Positions 38,009-48,751 are shown, counted from the first letter of the stretch. The stretch is DNA of 64,000 bases from Longimicrobiales bacterium (GCA_965248195.1 CBDFIQ010000002.1:3008001-3072000); one strand, 5' to 3'. The notes: generated by a model not told the origin, from the letters alone. A program made the numbers and translations.

Positions 38009-39574
38009 CTAAAAGATCGTCACGGGCATCGTCAGGAGGGCCGCATATAGGTCGATGGCGTACCAGAGATTCGCGATCCGCAGGTTTTCGTCCGGGGCGT
38101 GCTGGTTGTTGTCGTGATTCGCCACTGAAACGATGATCGCCGGCTTTTGTGCGATCCCGGTGAAGAGGCTCAGCGGGAGCGTGCCACCCATGCCGGGGGC
38201 GATCACTAATGACCCGGGGCCAAACGCACGGTCCGCCGCCGCGCCCGCGGCCGCCATCATATCCTGCGCGAACGGATTCGCCATGGAGGTTCTCGCCGCG
38301 ACCGAACCGCCTCCGCCGGTAACCTTCGCGATCCTGGGATAGAGCAGCCGGGTCTCCATGTCGGGATCCTCGGTCACGACGTGGAAGCCCTGCCGCCGGA
38401 TGTGGTCGACCACGAGCCCGCGCAGTTGGGTCGGGTCGTTTCCCTTCACCAGTCGGATGCCCAGCGCAGCCACAGCCGTGTTGGGGATCACGTTGCGCAC
38501 GAGCGCACCGGTGTTTCCGCTCGTGATCCCCCGCACGTTCAGGGCCGGGACCATCAGCCGCTCGGGGAGCGTCTCGGGCTCCCCTTCGGTCCGCACGAGG
38601 CCGAGCTCCCGTTTGAGCTCCTCGTCCCAAGCGGGCATACCCTCCAGGGCCGCGCGCTCCTCCTCACCGATGGGCTCCACCGTGTCGTACCAGCCCTCGA
38701 TGAGGACACGCCCCGTGTCGTCCTTCATGGACGAGAGAAGGCGGGCGAGAATGTTGCCGGTATCGGGCGTCCAATTGCCGTAGTGCCCCGAGTGGAGATT
38801 CCTGCTCGCGCCATAGACCGTGACCTCCATCCCCATCGAGCCACGGACGCCGAATACGATCTGAGGCCGGCCACTCGGATGCGCGGGGCCGTCGAAGAAG
38901 AGCCAGATGTCGATATCCTCGATGCGGTCCTTCCAACGCTCCATGTACTCGCCCAAATGCGGTGATCCCGCTTCCTCTTCTCCGTCCAGGAAGAAGATCA
39001 GGTTGGACGTGGGCGCGATGCCCGCCTCGCCAAAGGAACGGAGCACCGGAAGGATCGCGGCGATGGGGGCCTTGTCGTCCCCAGCGGAGCGCGCGTAGAT
39101 CCTCCACTCGGGATCGACCGCCTCCCCCTCCTCGGGAAACATCCGCGGCTCCCCTCCGGCCTCCATCGCCGCCGTATAGAACGTCGGCTCGAAAGGGGGA
39201 TGGGTCCAGTTGGTCGGGTCCACGGGCTGGCCATCGTAGTGGGCATAGATTCCGAGCGTTCGCACGGCCCCGGGCACCATCACCTCGCCGTACACGATCG
39301 GAGGGGCACCCTCGATCTCGAGAAGCTCCGAGTTCACTCCCACGGCCAGAAGCTCATCGCGAATGTAGGCCGCGGCGCGGCGGATATCCTCCGTGTCACG
39401 AGCGCGGTTCGGATAGGAGAGCAGCTCGGTGAAGTCCCGTAGGATCGATATTTCATTGGCCTCCCGGAAAGCGCGGGCGACCTCAGGCCCGGATTGGGCC
39501 GCGAGCGGGATCCTCCCGAGGGCGAGCAGCGCCACAAGAGCGATGGACCTGAGTGAGGGGACAAGTGCTGTCAT
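38009..39574 (-). CDS. M20/M25/M40-family metallopeptidase, secreted
   Basis: YAHYDGQP, ARSAGDDK, GEEEAGS, LHSGHYG, HAPDEN. Confidence 0.9.
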   Translation of the reverse strand: MTALVPSLRSIALVALLALGRIPLAAQSGPEVARAFREANEISILRDFTELLSYPNRARDTEDIRRAAAYIRDELLAVGVNSELLEIEGAPPIVYGEVMVPGAVRTLGIYAHYDGQPVDPTNWTHPPFEPTFYTAAMEAGGEPRMFPEEGEAVDPEWRIYARSAGDDKAPIAAILPVLRSFGEAGIAPTSNLIFFLDGEEEAGSPHLGEYMERWKDRIEDIDIWLFFDGPAHPSGRPQIVFGVRGSMGMEVTVYGASRNLHSGHYGNWTPDTGNILARLLSSMKDDTGRVLIEGWYDTVEPIGEEERAALEGMPAWDEELKRELGLVRTEGEPETLPERLMVPALNVRGITSGNTGALVRNVIPNTAVAALGIRLVKGNDPTQLRGLVVDHIRRQGFHVVTEDPDMETRLLYPRIAKVTGGGGSVAARTSMANPFAQDMMAAAGAAADRAFGPGSLVIAPGMGGTLPLSLFTGIAQKPAIIVSVANHDNNQHAPDENLRIANLWYAIDLYAALLTMPVTIF

Positions 39575-39688
39575 CGGTTCGCCCTGGGTTGTGAGTGCAG
39601 GGCATACGAGCTCGCGTAGATGGACCTCATGATCGTGGTTTGCGACAGACTTTTTTCACAAAGATGCTCGTGACGAAGCCCTTTCTAC

Positions 39689-40783
39689 TCAGGGATCGAT
39701 GTATCTGACGTAGCGCTTCACCGCCCGCGGTCCGACCTCGGCGCTGTAGATCACGCCATCGACGTCCGCCACCACACCCTCACCGCCGCTGCTACCCGAG
39801 ATGGGTCCGTTGTTCGCATCCGCCGGATCGGGAATGAACGCCCACACCTCGCCAGTCCGGGCGCTGCCCACACGAATTCCGCGCCTCCAGTCGCCGCGGC
39901 CCCGGCCCTCATTCGACTCCGAATCGACCCCGTACAGGATGTCGTTCTGGTCGATATAGATCCCGCTCAACCGGCTGAACTGATACCACTGGTCGAGGAA
40001 GTTCCCATCCTGGTCGAAGATCTGGATCCGACTGTTGCCACGGTCGGCCACGAAGAGCCGCCCCTGTGAGTCCATGGCCAACCCGTGGGGCGTGTTGAAC
40101 TGACCCGGCTCCGATCCTGCCTCGCCCCACGCAGTGATGTACGTGCCGTCGGGCGCAAACTTGACGATTCGCACGTTGCTGTTTCCGCCATGACCATCGG
40201 CGACGAAGATGTCTCCGTTGGGTGCCGTGTGGACGTCGGAGGGCATGTTGAAGTGGCGCTCGTCGTTCCCGGTCTCACCGGGCACGCCAAGACGGAGGAG
40301 GATCTCCCCCTGCGGACTGAACTTGACGACCTGATGCCCTTTGTTGGCGGCCCCCACCCCCTGCACGAACGGGGCGTCCGTCACCCAGACGTTACCGTCC
40401 CGATCCACGTGGAAACCGTGGGGGATCGCGAAGATCCCACCGCCGAAGCTCCTCACCAGGATACCGTCGGGATTGAACTTGAGAACGACCGGCAGCTCCG
40501 AGTCGGCACAGCTGTTCGGTGAATAGCGCGGATTGAGCGAATCGGACCCACAACGTTCGGCGACCCAGATCGACTTGCCGTCCGGGTCGACGTCGATCGA
40601 ACTCGTCGCTCCCCAGTGTCGACCGATCGGCATCTTGGCCCAGCCATCGGTCGACTGGTAGGGGTTCGGCAGGTCGTCGTTCGGCCCTGAACCCGCCTGG
40701 GCGAACAGAAAGTCGGTGGCCGCCCCGAGTGTGGCAAGAACCAGAGTCAGTTCGAACAGGGTTCGGATTGCGCGCGTCAGCAT
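39689..40783 (-). CDS. NHL-repeat protein (peptidyl-alpha-hydroxyglycine lyase-like)
   Basis: PHGFHVDRDGNVWVTD, FNMPSDV, FNTPHGLAMDSQGRLFVADRGNSRIQIF. Confidence 0.85.
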   Translation of the reverse strand: MLTRAIRTLFELTLVLATLGAATDFLFAQAGSGPNDDLPNPYQSTDGWAKMPIGRHWGATSSIDVDPDGKSIWVAERCGSDSLNPRYSPNSCADSELPVVLKFNPDGILVRSFGGGIFAIPHGFHVDRDGNVWVTDAPFVQGVGAANKGHQVVKFSPQGEILLRLGVPGETGNDERHFNMPSDVHTAPNGDIFVADGHGGNSNVRIVKFAPDGTYITAWGEAGSEPGQFNTPHGLAMDSQGRLFVADRGNSRIQIFDQDGNFLDQWYQFSRLSGIYIDQNDILYGVDSESNEGRGRGDWRRGIRVGSARTGEVWAFIPDPADANNGPISGSSGGEGVVADVDGVIYSAEVGPRAVKRYVRYIDP

Positions 40784-40871
40784 CGTTTCCTCCTCTCTTG
40801 TCCGATCCTACAGTCCAGAACACATCAGCGTTCAGGTAAGAACATCATGGGCGTTCCGCTAGGGCACGAAA

Positions 40872-41429
40872 TCACTGCCAAATCCGCTCAGCTTGCACGA
40901 CGTGGCGCCGCTGATGTTTGGGCAGGATCACGAACGTGGAATACAAGTTGTATCGCAGCCGCCGATCGAACGGAGAAATCACCCACACGCGATTGATAGG
41001 GTTCCCGTCTGCCTCTCGCACAATCCCCGCCTGTTCTTCTTGAATCCGATCAAATTCGGCAACCACCTGCGCCCGGGGCAAGCCACGTGCGGGCACGAAT
41101 TCCGGTATCGTGCGAACCGCACCGAGCCTGAAACGACCGATTCTTGGCACCGGCCCCATGGCAAGCGACAGCATCCACCCCAAGGGGTCGCGACGATACC
41201 GAGCCGGGGGCGGTTCGTCCCGGTTGCTCGCCTCCTCGAGCGCCTCCCAAAGCAGTGGAAGGTAGGCTCGACCCGTCAGGTTGAGATGAGCCACGCACTC
41301 CGCGACCGACCATCGAGCTGGGTCAGCACGCTCTGCCCACCGCATTTCAGTCAGGTTGTCGGCGAGTCTGTGGACCCGGGCCTGGACCGCGTCGAACTGA
41401 TCGAGGATGCTCGTCAACTCAATATGCAT
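40872..41429 (-). CDS. DinB-family protein
   Basis: RWSVAECVAHL ... HQRRHVVQA. Confidence 0.8.
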   Translation of the reverse strand: MHIELTSILDQFDAVQARVHRLADNLTEMRWAERADPARWSVAECVAHLNLTGRAYLPLLWEALEEASNRDEPPPARYRRDPLGWMLSLAMGPVPRIGRFRLGAVRTIPEFVPARGLPRAQVVAEFDRIQEEQAGIVREADGNPINRVWVISPFDRRLRYNLYSTFVILPKHQRRHVVQAERIWQ

Positions 41430-41558
41430 CGGGCATTTCGTTGTCGTTGGCGTCGGACGGATCGTGATGAAGCTCCACCCGCTTTGTCGCGTCTGGTCGT
41501 GTCCGGCTCTCCTGCGAGACAAGATGTCGACCGTAGCTGAAGCGCGCGACCCACGATG

Positions 41559-41657
41559 ATTCTTGCCAGCCCGCTCATCAGCGTTCATGGTGACCGTCCT
41601 TCTCAGTGCTCCCTCAGTGCTCCGCAAACGGAGGAACATCATGATTCGGTCGGGACG
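41559..41657 (+). repeat. Promoter-RBS-N-terminus module, copy 1 (copy 2 at 57244-57331)
   Basis: attcttgccagccc...tcatggtg..gtcctt.tca...ctccgcaaacg...atcATGATTCGGTCGGGACG present in both. Confidence 0.8.
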
Positions 41658-42588
41658 CGAGGTGTTGATCGTGCCGATGCCGTCCATCCGGGCGCGGGTG
41701 AGAGGGTTCGCTCTCGCGGTCGCGCTCGCCGTGTGGGTCGGTGGGGGGGCGGCCCAGGACCGAGACGTCTCGCTCGCTGGCGCCATCGATTTTCACGTGC
41801 ACTCGGGCCCCGATTCCCGCCCGCGGTCGGTGACCGATCTGGAAGTGGCTCGCATGACTCGCCGCGCCGGTCTGCGCGGCATCGTGCTGAAGAACCACTT
41901 CACCATGACGGCCGACCGCGCCGCGCTCGCGATGGCGCAGGTCGATGGTCTCGAGATCTTCGGTGGGGTCGTCTTGAACCGAGCCGTCGGCGGGCTCAAC
42001 GCCGAAGCGGTCCGCCAGATGGTACAGTTCGACGGCGGGAGGGGGAGGGTGGTCTGGCTGCCGACGTTCGACGCAGAGTACTACGTCACCGCACAGGGCG
42101 GGTCCGACCCGTTCGTGTCGGTGACACACGAGGGGGCGCCGGTCCCCGAGCTGTCCGAGATCTTCACGCTCGTGGCCGAGAACGACCTCGTGCTCGCCAT
42201 GGGGCACTCCTCACCGGAGGAGGTGCTGGTACTCATCTCCGAGGCGCGCCGCCATGGCGTCGAGCAGATCCTCGTGACACACGTCTTCTCGCAGCGCCCC
42301 TCACGAGCGCAAATGCGGCAGATGGCGGACGCCGGCGCGCTGCTCGAGATCGACTGGTACGCGGTGTATCTCGGCAACCAGAGCCTGGCCGCCTACGTCT
42401 CGGCCATCCAGGACATGGGCGCCGAGCATTTCGTGATGTCGTCCGATCTCGGACAAGCGACCAGCCCCTCGCATGTCGACGGCCTGCGCGCCTACGTCAC
42501 CGCGCTTCGCGGCGCCGGCGTCACCGACGACCAGATCGACCTGATGCTGCGGCGCAACCCCGTGCGGCTGCTGGGTTTGGAGCCCTGA
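41641..42588 (+). CDS. DUF6282 / amidohydrolase-fold protein
   Basis: GAIDFHVHSGPD, IVLKNH, GGVVLN..VGGLN, VWLPT, GH, VTH, SSDLGQ. Confidence 0.75.
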   Translation: MIRSGREVLIVPMPSIRARVRGFALAVALAVWVGGGAAQDRDVSLAGAIDFHVHSGPDSRPRSVTDLEVARMTRRAGLRGIVLKNHFTMTADRAALAMAQVDGLEIFGGVVLNRAVGGLNAEAVRQMVQFDGGRGRVVWLPTFDAEYYVTAQGGSDPFVSVTHEGAPVPELSEIFTLVAENDLVLAMGHSSPEEVLVLISEARRHGVEQILVTHVFSQRPSRAQMRQMADAGALLEIDWYAVYLGNQSLAAYVSAIQDMGAEHFVMSSDLGQATSPSHVDGLRAYVTALRGAGVTDDQIDLMLRRNPVRLLGLEP

Positions 42589-42727
42589 CGGGTAGAGCCT
42601 TCGGCGCACGGCGACTCCCCTCGCTGCTTGTGGACTGCTAGGCACCTTCGTACCATGCCTTTCAGCTTCGGTGGTCGGTTGGATCACCTATCCGTGAGGC
42701 GTTCAAGTACTGCAAAAGGGGGCCGTC

Positions 42728-43483
42728 ATGAGGCATCTGCTCGCCGTGGTCGCATTGCTCTTGTCGGGCGGGACTGTGCTCGCCCAGTCGACCTCCGTGA
42801 TGATCGACGACCTTACGACAACCGAGGTGCAGGCGGCGATCGACGCCGGCAAGACCACCGCCATCTACTACGTTGGCGGGACCCATCAGAGCGGTCCGGC
42901 GGTGGCGCTCGGGAAACACAACATGATCTCTGCACACGTCTCCCGGCGCATCGCCGAGACGCTGGGTAACGCGCTCGCGTATGCCCCGAATCCGTACGCC
43001 CCGGCCGGCGACCCGATCGAGAAAACCGGACACATGCGCTTCGCCGGGACCATCAGCGTGTCGCACGAGACGCTCGCCGCGGTCTCTCGCGATGTCGCCG
43101 TCAGCGCCCTAGCTGTCGGCTTCACGCACGTCGTCATGTTGGGCGACCATGCCGAGACGCAGGGGGTCATCAGAGAGGTCGCCACGGCGCTGGACACCGA
43201 GTGGCGGCCCAAGGGCGGTCATGTGTTCTTTATCCCCGTCTATGAGGAGGGGGAGGGACGGATGCGCGAGATTCTGGAGGAGCTCGACGTGCCCAGAAAC
43301 CAGATGACGCCGATCGACGATGCCAGCGAGATGATGGCGATGGACGCCGACGGCCGGTGGTTCCGCCCGGACCAGCTCGCCGACGAGATCGCGGCGGTGG
43401 CGTCAGCGGAGCTCGGCAGGCAGTTCATCGACGGCAAGGTCGAGGTGGCGGTGGCGAGTATTCGGGAGTTGGTCGGCCGATAG
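42728..43483 (+). CDS. Creatininase-family protein, secreted
   Basis: DLTTTEV, GGTHQSGP..ALGKHN, HMRFAGTIS, LGDH. Confidence 0.75.
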   Translation: MRHLLAVVALLLSGGTVLAQSTSVMIDDLTTTEVQAAIDAGKTTAIYYVGGTHQSGPAVALGKHNMISAHVSRRIAETLGNALAYAPNPYAPAGDPIEKTGHMRFAGTISVSHETLAAVSRDVAVSALAVGFTHVVMLGDHAETQGVIREVATALDTEWRPKGGHVFFIPVYEEGEGRMREILEELDVPRNQMTPIDDASEMMAMDADGRWFRPDQLADEIAAVASAELGRQFIDGKVEVAVASIRELVGR

Positions 43484-43599
43484 ACGCGGTCCCTTGCGGC
43501 ACCAAGTCGCCGGATCCTAAGCTGGACGTCAAATGGTCGGACCCGCCCTTTCACCGCCGCCGACCGCTTCTCCACATTGGTCCGAGTCAGGAGGTCACC

Positions 43600-44676
43600 A
43601 TGAAGTACCTTGCCCTCGTGGTCACGCTCACCGCATTCGTCAGCACTCCAGCGGTCGCGCAGCAATCCGCGCCAGAGATCCCGTTCGAGTCGGTTCCCCG
43701 CCCGCTCAAGTACTCGCCCGACATGAACCTCGGTGAGGTTCTCGGTGTTGCGGTGAACTCCGAGGGCCACATCGTGATCTTGAACCACCCCGGCAGTGCC
43801 AACACCGGCCCGATCTGGATGAACTCCACGACGCAGCTGCTCGAATTCGACGAGGACGGCGACTTCGTGCGCGAGATCGGAAAGGGCGTCTATGGCATCG
43901 CGTACGCTCACCAGGTTCGGTTCGACGAGGACGACAACCTGTGGGTCGTGGACAAAGCGGCGAATACCGTCATCCAGTTCGATCCGGACGGGTACGTCAT
44001 GATGAACCTGGGGCGCAGGGAAGAGGGCTTTCACGGCATTGTGGAGATTCCTAGCCCGCAGGAAGCGAGGGCCAACGCGGGTTACTTCAACGGGCCGACG
44101 GACGTCGCGTGGGACCCCGATGGCAACATTTTTGTCAGTGACGGCTATGTGAACTCCCGCATGGTGAAGTTCGACAAGCACGGGAACTTCCTCATGGACT
44201 GGGGATCCCTCGGTAGGGAGATCGGCCAGTTCCGCCTACCACATACCATGGTGGTCGACCGGGCCGGTGAGGTGTACGTGGGGGACCGCTCGAACTCGCG
44301 GATTCAGGTTTTCGACTCGGACGGCAACTTCTTGAGGGTGCTCCTCATGAACGTTCCGTACCCCCCGGACTATCAGCCGCCGTTCACCGGGATCAATGCG
44401 GAGCGGCCCGTGAGGGGTTCGACGCAACCTTGGGCCATGTGCCTGACGGAGTCGACCCCTCAGGAGCTCTGGGTGTCGGACGCCGAGCCCGGACGCATCT
44501 ACCGGATGAGGCTGGACGGAACGATCCTGGGTTGGCTCGGCAGTTCAGGCCGGCAGATGGGGCAGTTCAACTGGATCCACGGGCTGGATTGCTCACAGCT
44601 GGATGAGGGCGTGCTTTGGGTTGCCGACATGAACAACTGGCGGGTCCAGAAGCTCCTCATCGACCCCAGGCGGTAG
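43600..44676 (+). CDS. NHL-repeat protein, secreted
   Basis: GGAGG RBS, signal peptide, FNGPTDVAWDPDGNIFVSDGY.NSR, VYVGDRSNSRIQVF. Confidence 0.85.
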   Translation: MKYLALVVTLTAFVSTPAVAQQSAPEIPFESVPRPLKYSPDMNLGEVLGVAVNSEGHIVILNHPGSANTGPIWMNSTTQLLEFDEDGDFVREIGKGVYGIAYAHQVRFDEDDNLWVVDKAANTVIQFDPDGYVMMNLGRREEGFHGIVEIPSPQEARANAGYFNGPTDVAWDPDGNIFVSDGYVNSRMVKFDKHGNFLMDWGSLGREIGQFRLPHTMVVDRAGEVYVGDRSNSRIQVFDSDGNFLRVLLMNVPYPPDYQPPFTGINAERPVRGSTQPWAMCLTESTPQELWVSDAEPGRIYRMRLDGTILGWLGSSGRQMGQFNWIHGLDCSQLDEGVLWVADMNNWRVQKLLIDPRR

Positions 44677-44720
44677 GCTCGACGCCGGTCCTACACTCGA
44701 GCCACCTCAACCCAAGATCC

Positions 44721-45518
44721 ATGACCCCGAAAACCCATCGGTCCCCTCCGCGCCACAGCGGCGTCCGGCTGCTCATCGTCTTCGCTGCAGCTGTTCCCTT
44801 ACCCATGTCTGCTCAGGTCAACGTCGAGGCGCTCCGGAGCGACGATCCTCCGCTCGGATACTCGGGCACGTTCGGTGGTGATTTGGCCATTCGGACCGGG
44901 AACGTGGACTTTGTCCAGTTCGGTCTGAACGCACGCCTCTACAGAGTCACGGAATCGGTAACCAGGCTAATGGTGGGAAACGGGGGGCTCGGCCTTGTCG
45001 GTGGGAGCCGCTTCGCATCGTCGGGGTTGTTGCATTATCGCCAGACCTACGATTACAACGATCTCGTGTCACCGGAGTGGTGGGGGCAAGTGAACTACGA
45101 CCGGCCTCAACTCCTCGACTTCCGAGCCGTCGCCGGGGGCGGAGTGCGGATCTCCTTCGCCAGCGGGGATTGGGGACAGTTCGGTATGGGCGCCGCCCTC
45201 ATGTTGGAAGACGAGCGACTGAACCTCCCCGATACCGCGGTGCACGATGATCACACGAGCACCCTCCGGGGGAGCTCCTTCCTCACGCTGCGCTTGGTAC
45301 CCAGCGAGCAACTCGTGATCACGTCTACGACCTATCTACAACCCGCGGTCGGCAACTTCGGTGACCTTCGCACGCTTGCGAACCTTCGAATCGCCACGTC
45401 CGTGACGAATGAGCTGGACCTCACGGTATCGTTCGATCTCCGCTACGACAGCGGACCGCCCGACGGGATCAGCGCGCTGGATACGAGCCTGAGGACCGGG
45501 CTCAGGTACACCTACTGA
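44721..45518 (+). CDS. DUF481 outer membrane beta-barrel protein
   Basis: AQVNVE.LR, RTGNVD, alternating beta strands, YLQP, LRYDS.P, terminal aromatic residue. Confidence 0.7.
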   Translation: MTPKTHRSPPRHSGVRLLIVFAAAVPLPMSAQVNVEALRSDDPPLGYSGTFGGDLAIRTGNVDFVQFGLNARLYRVTESVTRLMVGNGGLGLVGGSRFASSGLLHYRQTYDYNDLVSPEWWGQVNYDRPQLLDFRAVAGGGVRISFASGDWGQFGMGAALMLEDERLNLPDTAVHDDHTSTLRGSSFLTLRLVPSEQLVITSTTYLQPAVGNFGDLRTLANLRIATSVTNELDLTVSFDLRYDSGPPDGISALDTSLRTGLRYTY

Positions 45519-45629
45519 GTATTGAGCCGCTAGGGCCGGATAAACCCCACCTCGCGCCCGATCACGAGATTGGCGCCATGAGGGCCCCGGCCATAGGCTA
45601 GGGCATGCTAGAACCCAAGCCCACTCTGA

Positions 45630-46739
45630 ATGTCTGACCGGATTTGGACCCGTCGGGGCGTCGTCACAACCCTCGCAGGGGCGGCCGCGGCGGTCCCATT
45701 CCTACCACGTGGACGGAGCCGGGGCACTGGAGACGTGGTCCTTCGCTTCACCTCCCACGTGCCCCAGTCGCACGGCTTTGTCCCCGTTTTCACCCGCTTC
45801 TACCAAAGAGTGGAGGAGGAGACCCAGGGTCGTCTCCGAATCGAACCCATGTGGAATGGGCTCCTCCATGGGCCCCTGGACGGATTCAAAGCGTGCATCA
45901 CCGGGCTCACCGACTACACGCACGGTTATATAACGTACCAGCCGGGCAGCTTCCACCTCATGCAGGGGCTCCAACTCCCGTTCATCTTCCCGAGCTCTCC
46001 GGTGGCCTCGCTGGTGGCGGAAGAACTCTACCCGCGGTTCTTCAAGTCGGAGTACGAGGCGATGGGCGTTTACCTTGCCACTTGCGACTCCACGTCCCCA
46101 TACCAGGTCATCTCCAGGGAACCGGTGCTGACCCTCGAGGATCTTCGAGGGCTGAAAATTCGCGCCACCGGTGGCATCGTGGCCGACATCTATCGCGAAT
46201 TGGGGGCTGTTCCCGTGGTCATGGCGGCGGCCGAGGTGTACCCGGCCTTTCAGCGGGGCATCTTAGACGCGGTCTCCCTGGGAGTGCCGGATATAGCCTC
46301 TTACCGCCTCCAGGAGATCGGGCGATTTCTTACCCGTGTGGACCTGAACGTCACGGTGCTGCAGTACTGTCTCAGCCGCCGCTCGTTCGACGCGCTTCCG
46401 GACGACCTCCGCCAGACGTTCCATGACCTCCTCCGCATTCGGAGCCAGATGTGCGCCCAGGACTATTATTCCGGCCCGGTCGAGGAGGAGGCCTATGCGG
46501 ACCTCCGGGCCGGTCGGTGCGAGATCCTGGACCTCGAGCCGGACGAGAGAGAGAGGTGGCGAGAGGCCCTCCTCCCACTCAGGAACCGGTTCGTCGCGGA
46601 AAACGAGGCGGAGGGTCGTCCAGCGACGGAAATGCTGGAAGAGATGGAAGCGTTGTCGGCACTGTACTCCCCATTGAGCCGGGGAGAGCTCATGAGCAGA
46701 GTGGCGGAGGACCCGATTCAAGGCATTATCGACTTGTGA
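45630..46739 (+). CDS. dctP: TRAP transporter substrate-binding protein (Tat-type signal)
   Basis: TRRGVV signal, LPFIFPS, EDLRGLKIR, LGAVPV.M...EVYPAFQRGILDA. Confidence 0.9.
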   Translation: MSDRIWTRRGVVTTLAGAAAAVPFLPRGRSRGTGDVVLRFTSHVPQSHGFVPVFTRFYQRVEEETQGRLRIEPMWNGLLHGPLDGFKACITGLTDYTHGYITYQPGSFHLMQGLQLPFIFPSSPVASLVAEELYPRFFKSEYEAMGVYLATCDSTSPYQVISREPVLTLEDLRGLKIRATGGIVADIYRELGAVPVVMAAAEVYPAFQRGILDAVSLGVPDIASYRLQEIGRFLTRVDLNVTVLQYCLSRRSFDALPDDLRQTFHDLLRIRSQMCAQDYYSGPVEEEAYADLRAGRCEILDLEPDERERWREALLPLRNRFVAENEAEGRPATEMLEEMEALSALYSPLSRGELMSRVAEDPIQGIIDL

Positions 46740-47293
46740 AGGGTCCGCTGGCACTCCTGGATGCCGTGCTGGAGGGCGTAGATGTCTGGTCCAACCGGAT
46801 CTCGTTGGCGCTTTTCCGCGTGGCGGTCGACGCGGCGCTCCCTGCTCTCATGGTGATCGTCACCCTGGACGTGATCCTCCGGTACGTGTTCAACTCCCCC
46901 CTTCCCTGGGGAAGGGACGTCAATGGATTACTCCTCCTGATGACAACTTTCTCAGCCCTGCCCCACGCATGGGACCGGGGGTACCACATCCGAATGGAGG
47001 TGTTCTACAGCCGACTCCACGGACGGGTGCGTGGCTTCGCGGACGTCGCCACGGGGGTGGCCGGCATCCTCTTTTTCGGCTTGATGGGGGTCCAGGCACT
47101 TCGATTCACACCGTATATGGCGGCCACCGGCGAGACGGGAGAGGATCTCTTACTGCCCGTCTGGCCGTTCATGGCGTATATGGGGTTCTGCTCCCTGGTG
47201 CTGGCGGCTCGGTTGGTCGGGAATCCCAACGGAGAAGAACGAACCGGGATCGGCGCCGAGGTCGAAGCCGGGGTCAGAGCCGAGCCTCAGTGA
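46736..47293 (+). CDS. dctQ: TRAP transporter small permease
   Basis: DVILRYVFNSPLPW, HIRME; four TM. Confidence 0.88.
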   Translation: MKGPLALLDAVLEGVDVWSNRISLALFRVAVDAALPALMVIVTLDVILRYVFNSPLPWGRDVNGLLLLMTTFSALPHAWDRGYHIRMEVFYSRLHGRVRGFADVATGVAGILFFGLMGVQALRFTPYMAATGETGEDLLLPVWPFMAYMGFCSLVLAARLVGNPNGEERTGIGAEVEAGVRAEPQ

Positions 47294-48591
47294 TCCTCAC
47301 CCTCGTCGGCGTCGCGTCGGTATTCCTCCTGCTTCTTCTCATCCTCGTGGGGGTACCGATCGCCTTCGCGATGGGGGGCGTCGGACTCCTGGGAATTCTG
47401 GTCTTGGAGGGCTCCGCGGCGGCCATGGCGCATGCCGCCCTCGTCCCCTGGGACGAAGCGCGGAGCTTTGTACTGGTCACCATCCCACTGTTCGTTCTCA
47501 TAGGCCAGTTGGTCTTTCATACAGGGTTGGCCACGGAGCTATACGACGGCCTCAGAGCGTGGATCGGGTGGGTCCCCGGAGGCATGGCCATTACATCGGT
47601 TCTGGCCTGCGGCGGGTTCGGGGCTGTCACGGGCTCGAGCATCGCCACGGTGGCGACCATGGGCGCGATCGTGATGCCCGAGATGGACCGCTTCGGGTAC
47701 GACCGACGCCTGGCCACCGGTGCGCTTGCCGCCTCCGGAACCCTCGGGATCCTCATTCCCCCCAGCGTCATCTTCATCTTCTACGGAGTGATGACCGAGA
47801 CTTCGATCGGCGCCCTCTTTATTGCCGGGATCATCCCGGGAATCCTGACGGCGGCAATGTTCTCGGCCATCATCTTCTTCCGGTGCATCTTCCGGCCGGA
47901 GCTCGGGCCTCCGGGACCGGTCGGTAGCTGGCGGGAGCGGCTCGACGCGGTGAAGCGATTGGGGCCGATCCTCGGCCTTTTCCTCCTGGTCATCGGAGGC
48001 ATTTACGGGGGGATCTTCACCCCCACTGAAGCAGCCGGCGTTGGGTGCGCCGGCGTCCTGGTGGCGGCCCTCCCCCGACGAAGGCTGAATCTGCGGGACA
48101 TTCGTAAAGCCCTGGGGGACACGGCCCTCATCAGCGTCATGCTCCTCGCCATCATCGTTGGGGGTTACGTATTCGCCCGACTCATGGCGGTGACAGGGGT
48201 GACCGAGTCGTTGGTAGAAATTCTCGTGCAGCTGGAACTGGGACGAGCCGGTTTTCTTTTCGTTCTCGTTCTCCTCTACCTCGCCCTAGGCGCGATGCTC
48301 GACGTCTTCGGCATGTTGGTGCTCAGCATCCCGTTCGTGATGCCGGTAGTACTAGCACTCGGCATCGACCCCGTCTGGTTCGGTGTCTTCGTCGTGATCA
48401 TGGCCGAGGTGGCCCTCGTGACACCCCCCATCGGGGCGAACGTGTTCGTGATGCGCCGGATCGCACCCGACGTCCCCATGGAGGACATCTTCAGGGGGGT
48501 GGCACCCTTCGTCTTAGGGGAGTTCGTGGTGATCCTGCTCCTCGTCCTCTTTCCCGCGCTCGCCCTCTGGCTGCCCAGCTTGATGCCCTGA
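47290..48591 (+). CDS. dctM: TRAP transporter large permease
   Basis: GVPIAFA, IPLF, GSSIAT, GTLGILIPPS, FTPTEAA, GIDPVWFG, TPPIG. Confidence 0.93.
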   Translation: MILTLVGVASVFLLLLLILVGVPIAFAMGGVGLLGILVLEGSAAAMAHAALVPWDEARSFVLVTIPLFVLIGQLVFHTGLATELYDGLRAWIGWVPGGMAITSVLACGGFGAVTGSSIATVATMGAIVMPEMDRFGYDRRLATGALAASGTLGILIPPSVIFIFYGVMTETSIGALFIAGIIPGILTAAMFSAIIFFRCIFRPELGPPGPVGSWRERLDAVKRLGPILGLFLLVIGGIYGGIFTPTEAAGVGCAGVLVAALPRRRLNLRDIRKALGDTALISVMLLAIIVGGYVFARLMAVTGVTESLVEILVQLELGRAGFLFVLVLLYLALGAMLDVFGMLVLSIPFVMPVVLALGIDPVWFGVFVVIMAEVALVTPPIGANVFVMRRIAPDVPMEDIFRGVAPFVLGEFVVILLLVLFPALALWLPSLMP

Positions 48592-48717
48592 GGCGACCGC
48601 CTGGTTTACACGCGGGGCCAGTAGGGGCCGTATTTCACGAAATACGAGGAGGAATAAGGGAATCATCCACTATTCCCGAGTACGATTTTCGATCCATACA
48701 TGGGGTTAGTGGACGCC

Positions 48718-48739
48718 AACGTACACAACAACGTACACA
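48718..48739. repeat. Left 22-bp inverted repeat aacgtacacaacaacgtacaca
   Basis: Perfect reverse complement of 52380-52401; internally a direct repeat of aacgtacaca. Confidence 0.85.
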
Positions 48740-48751
48740 GTCTTCGGATGG

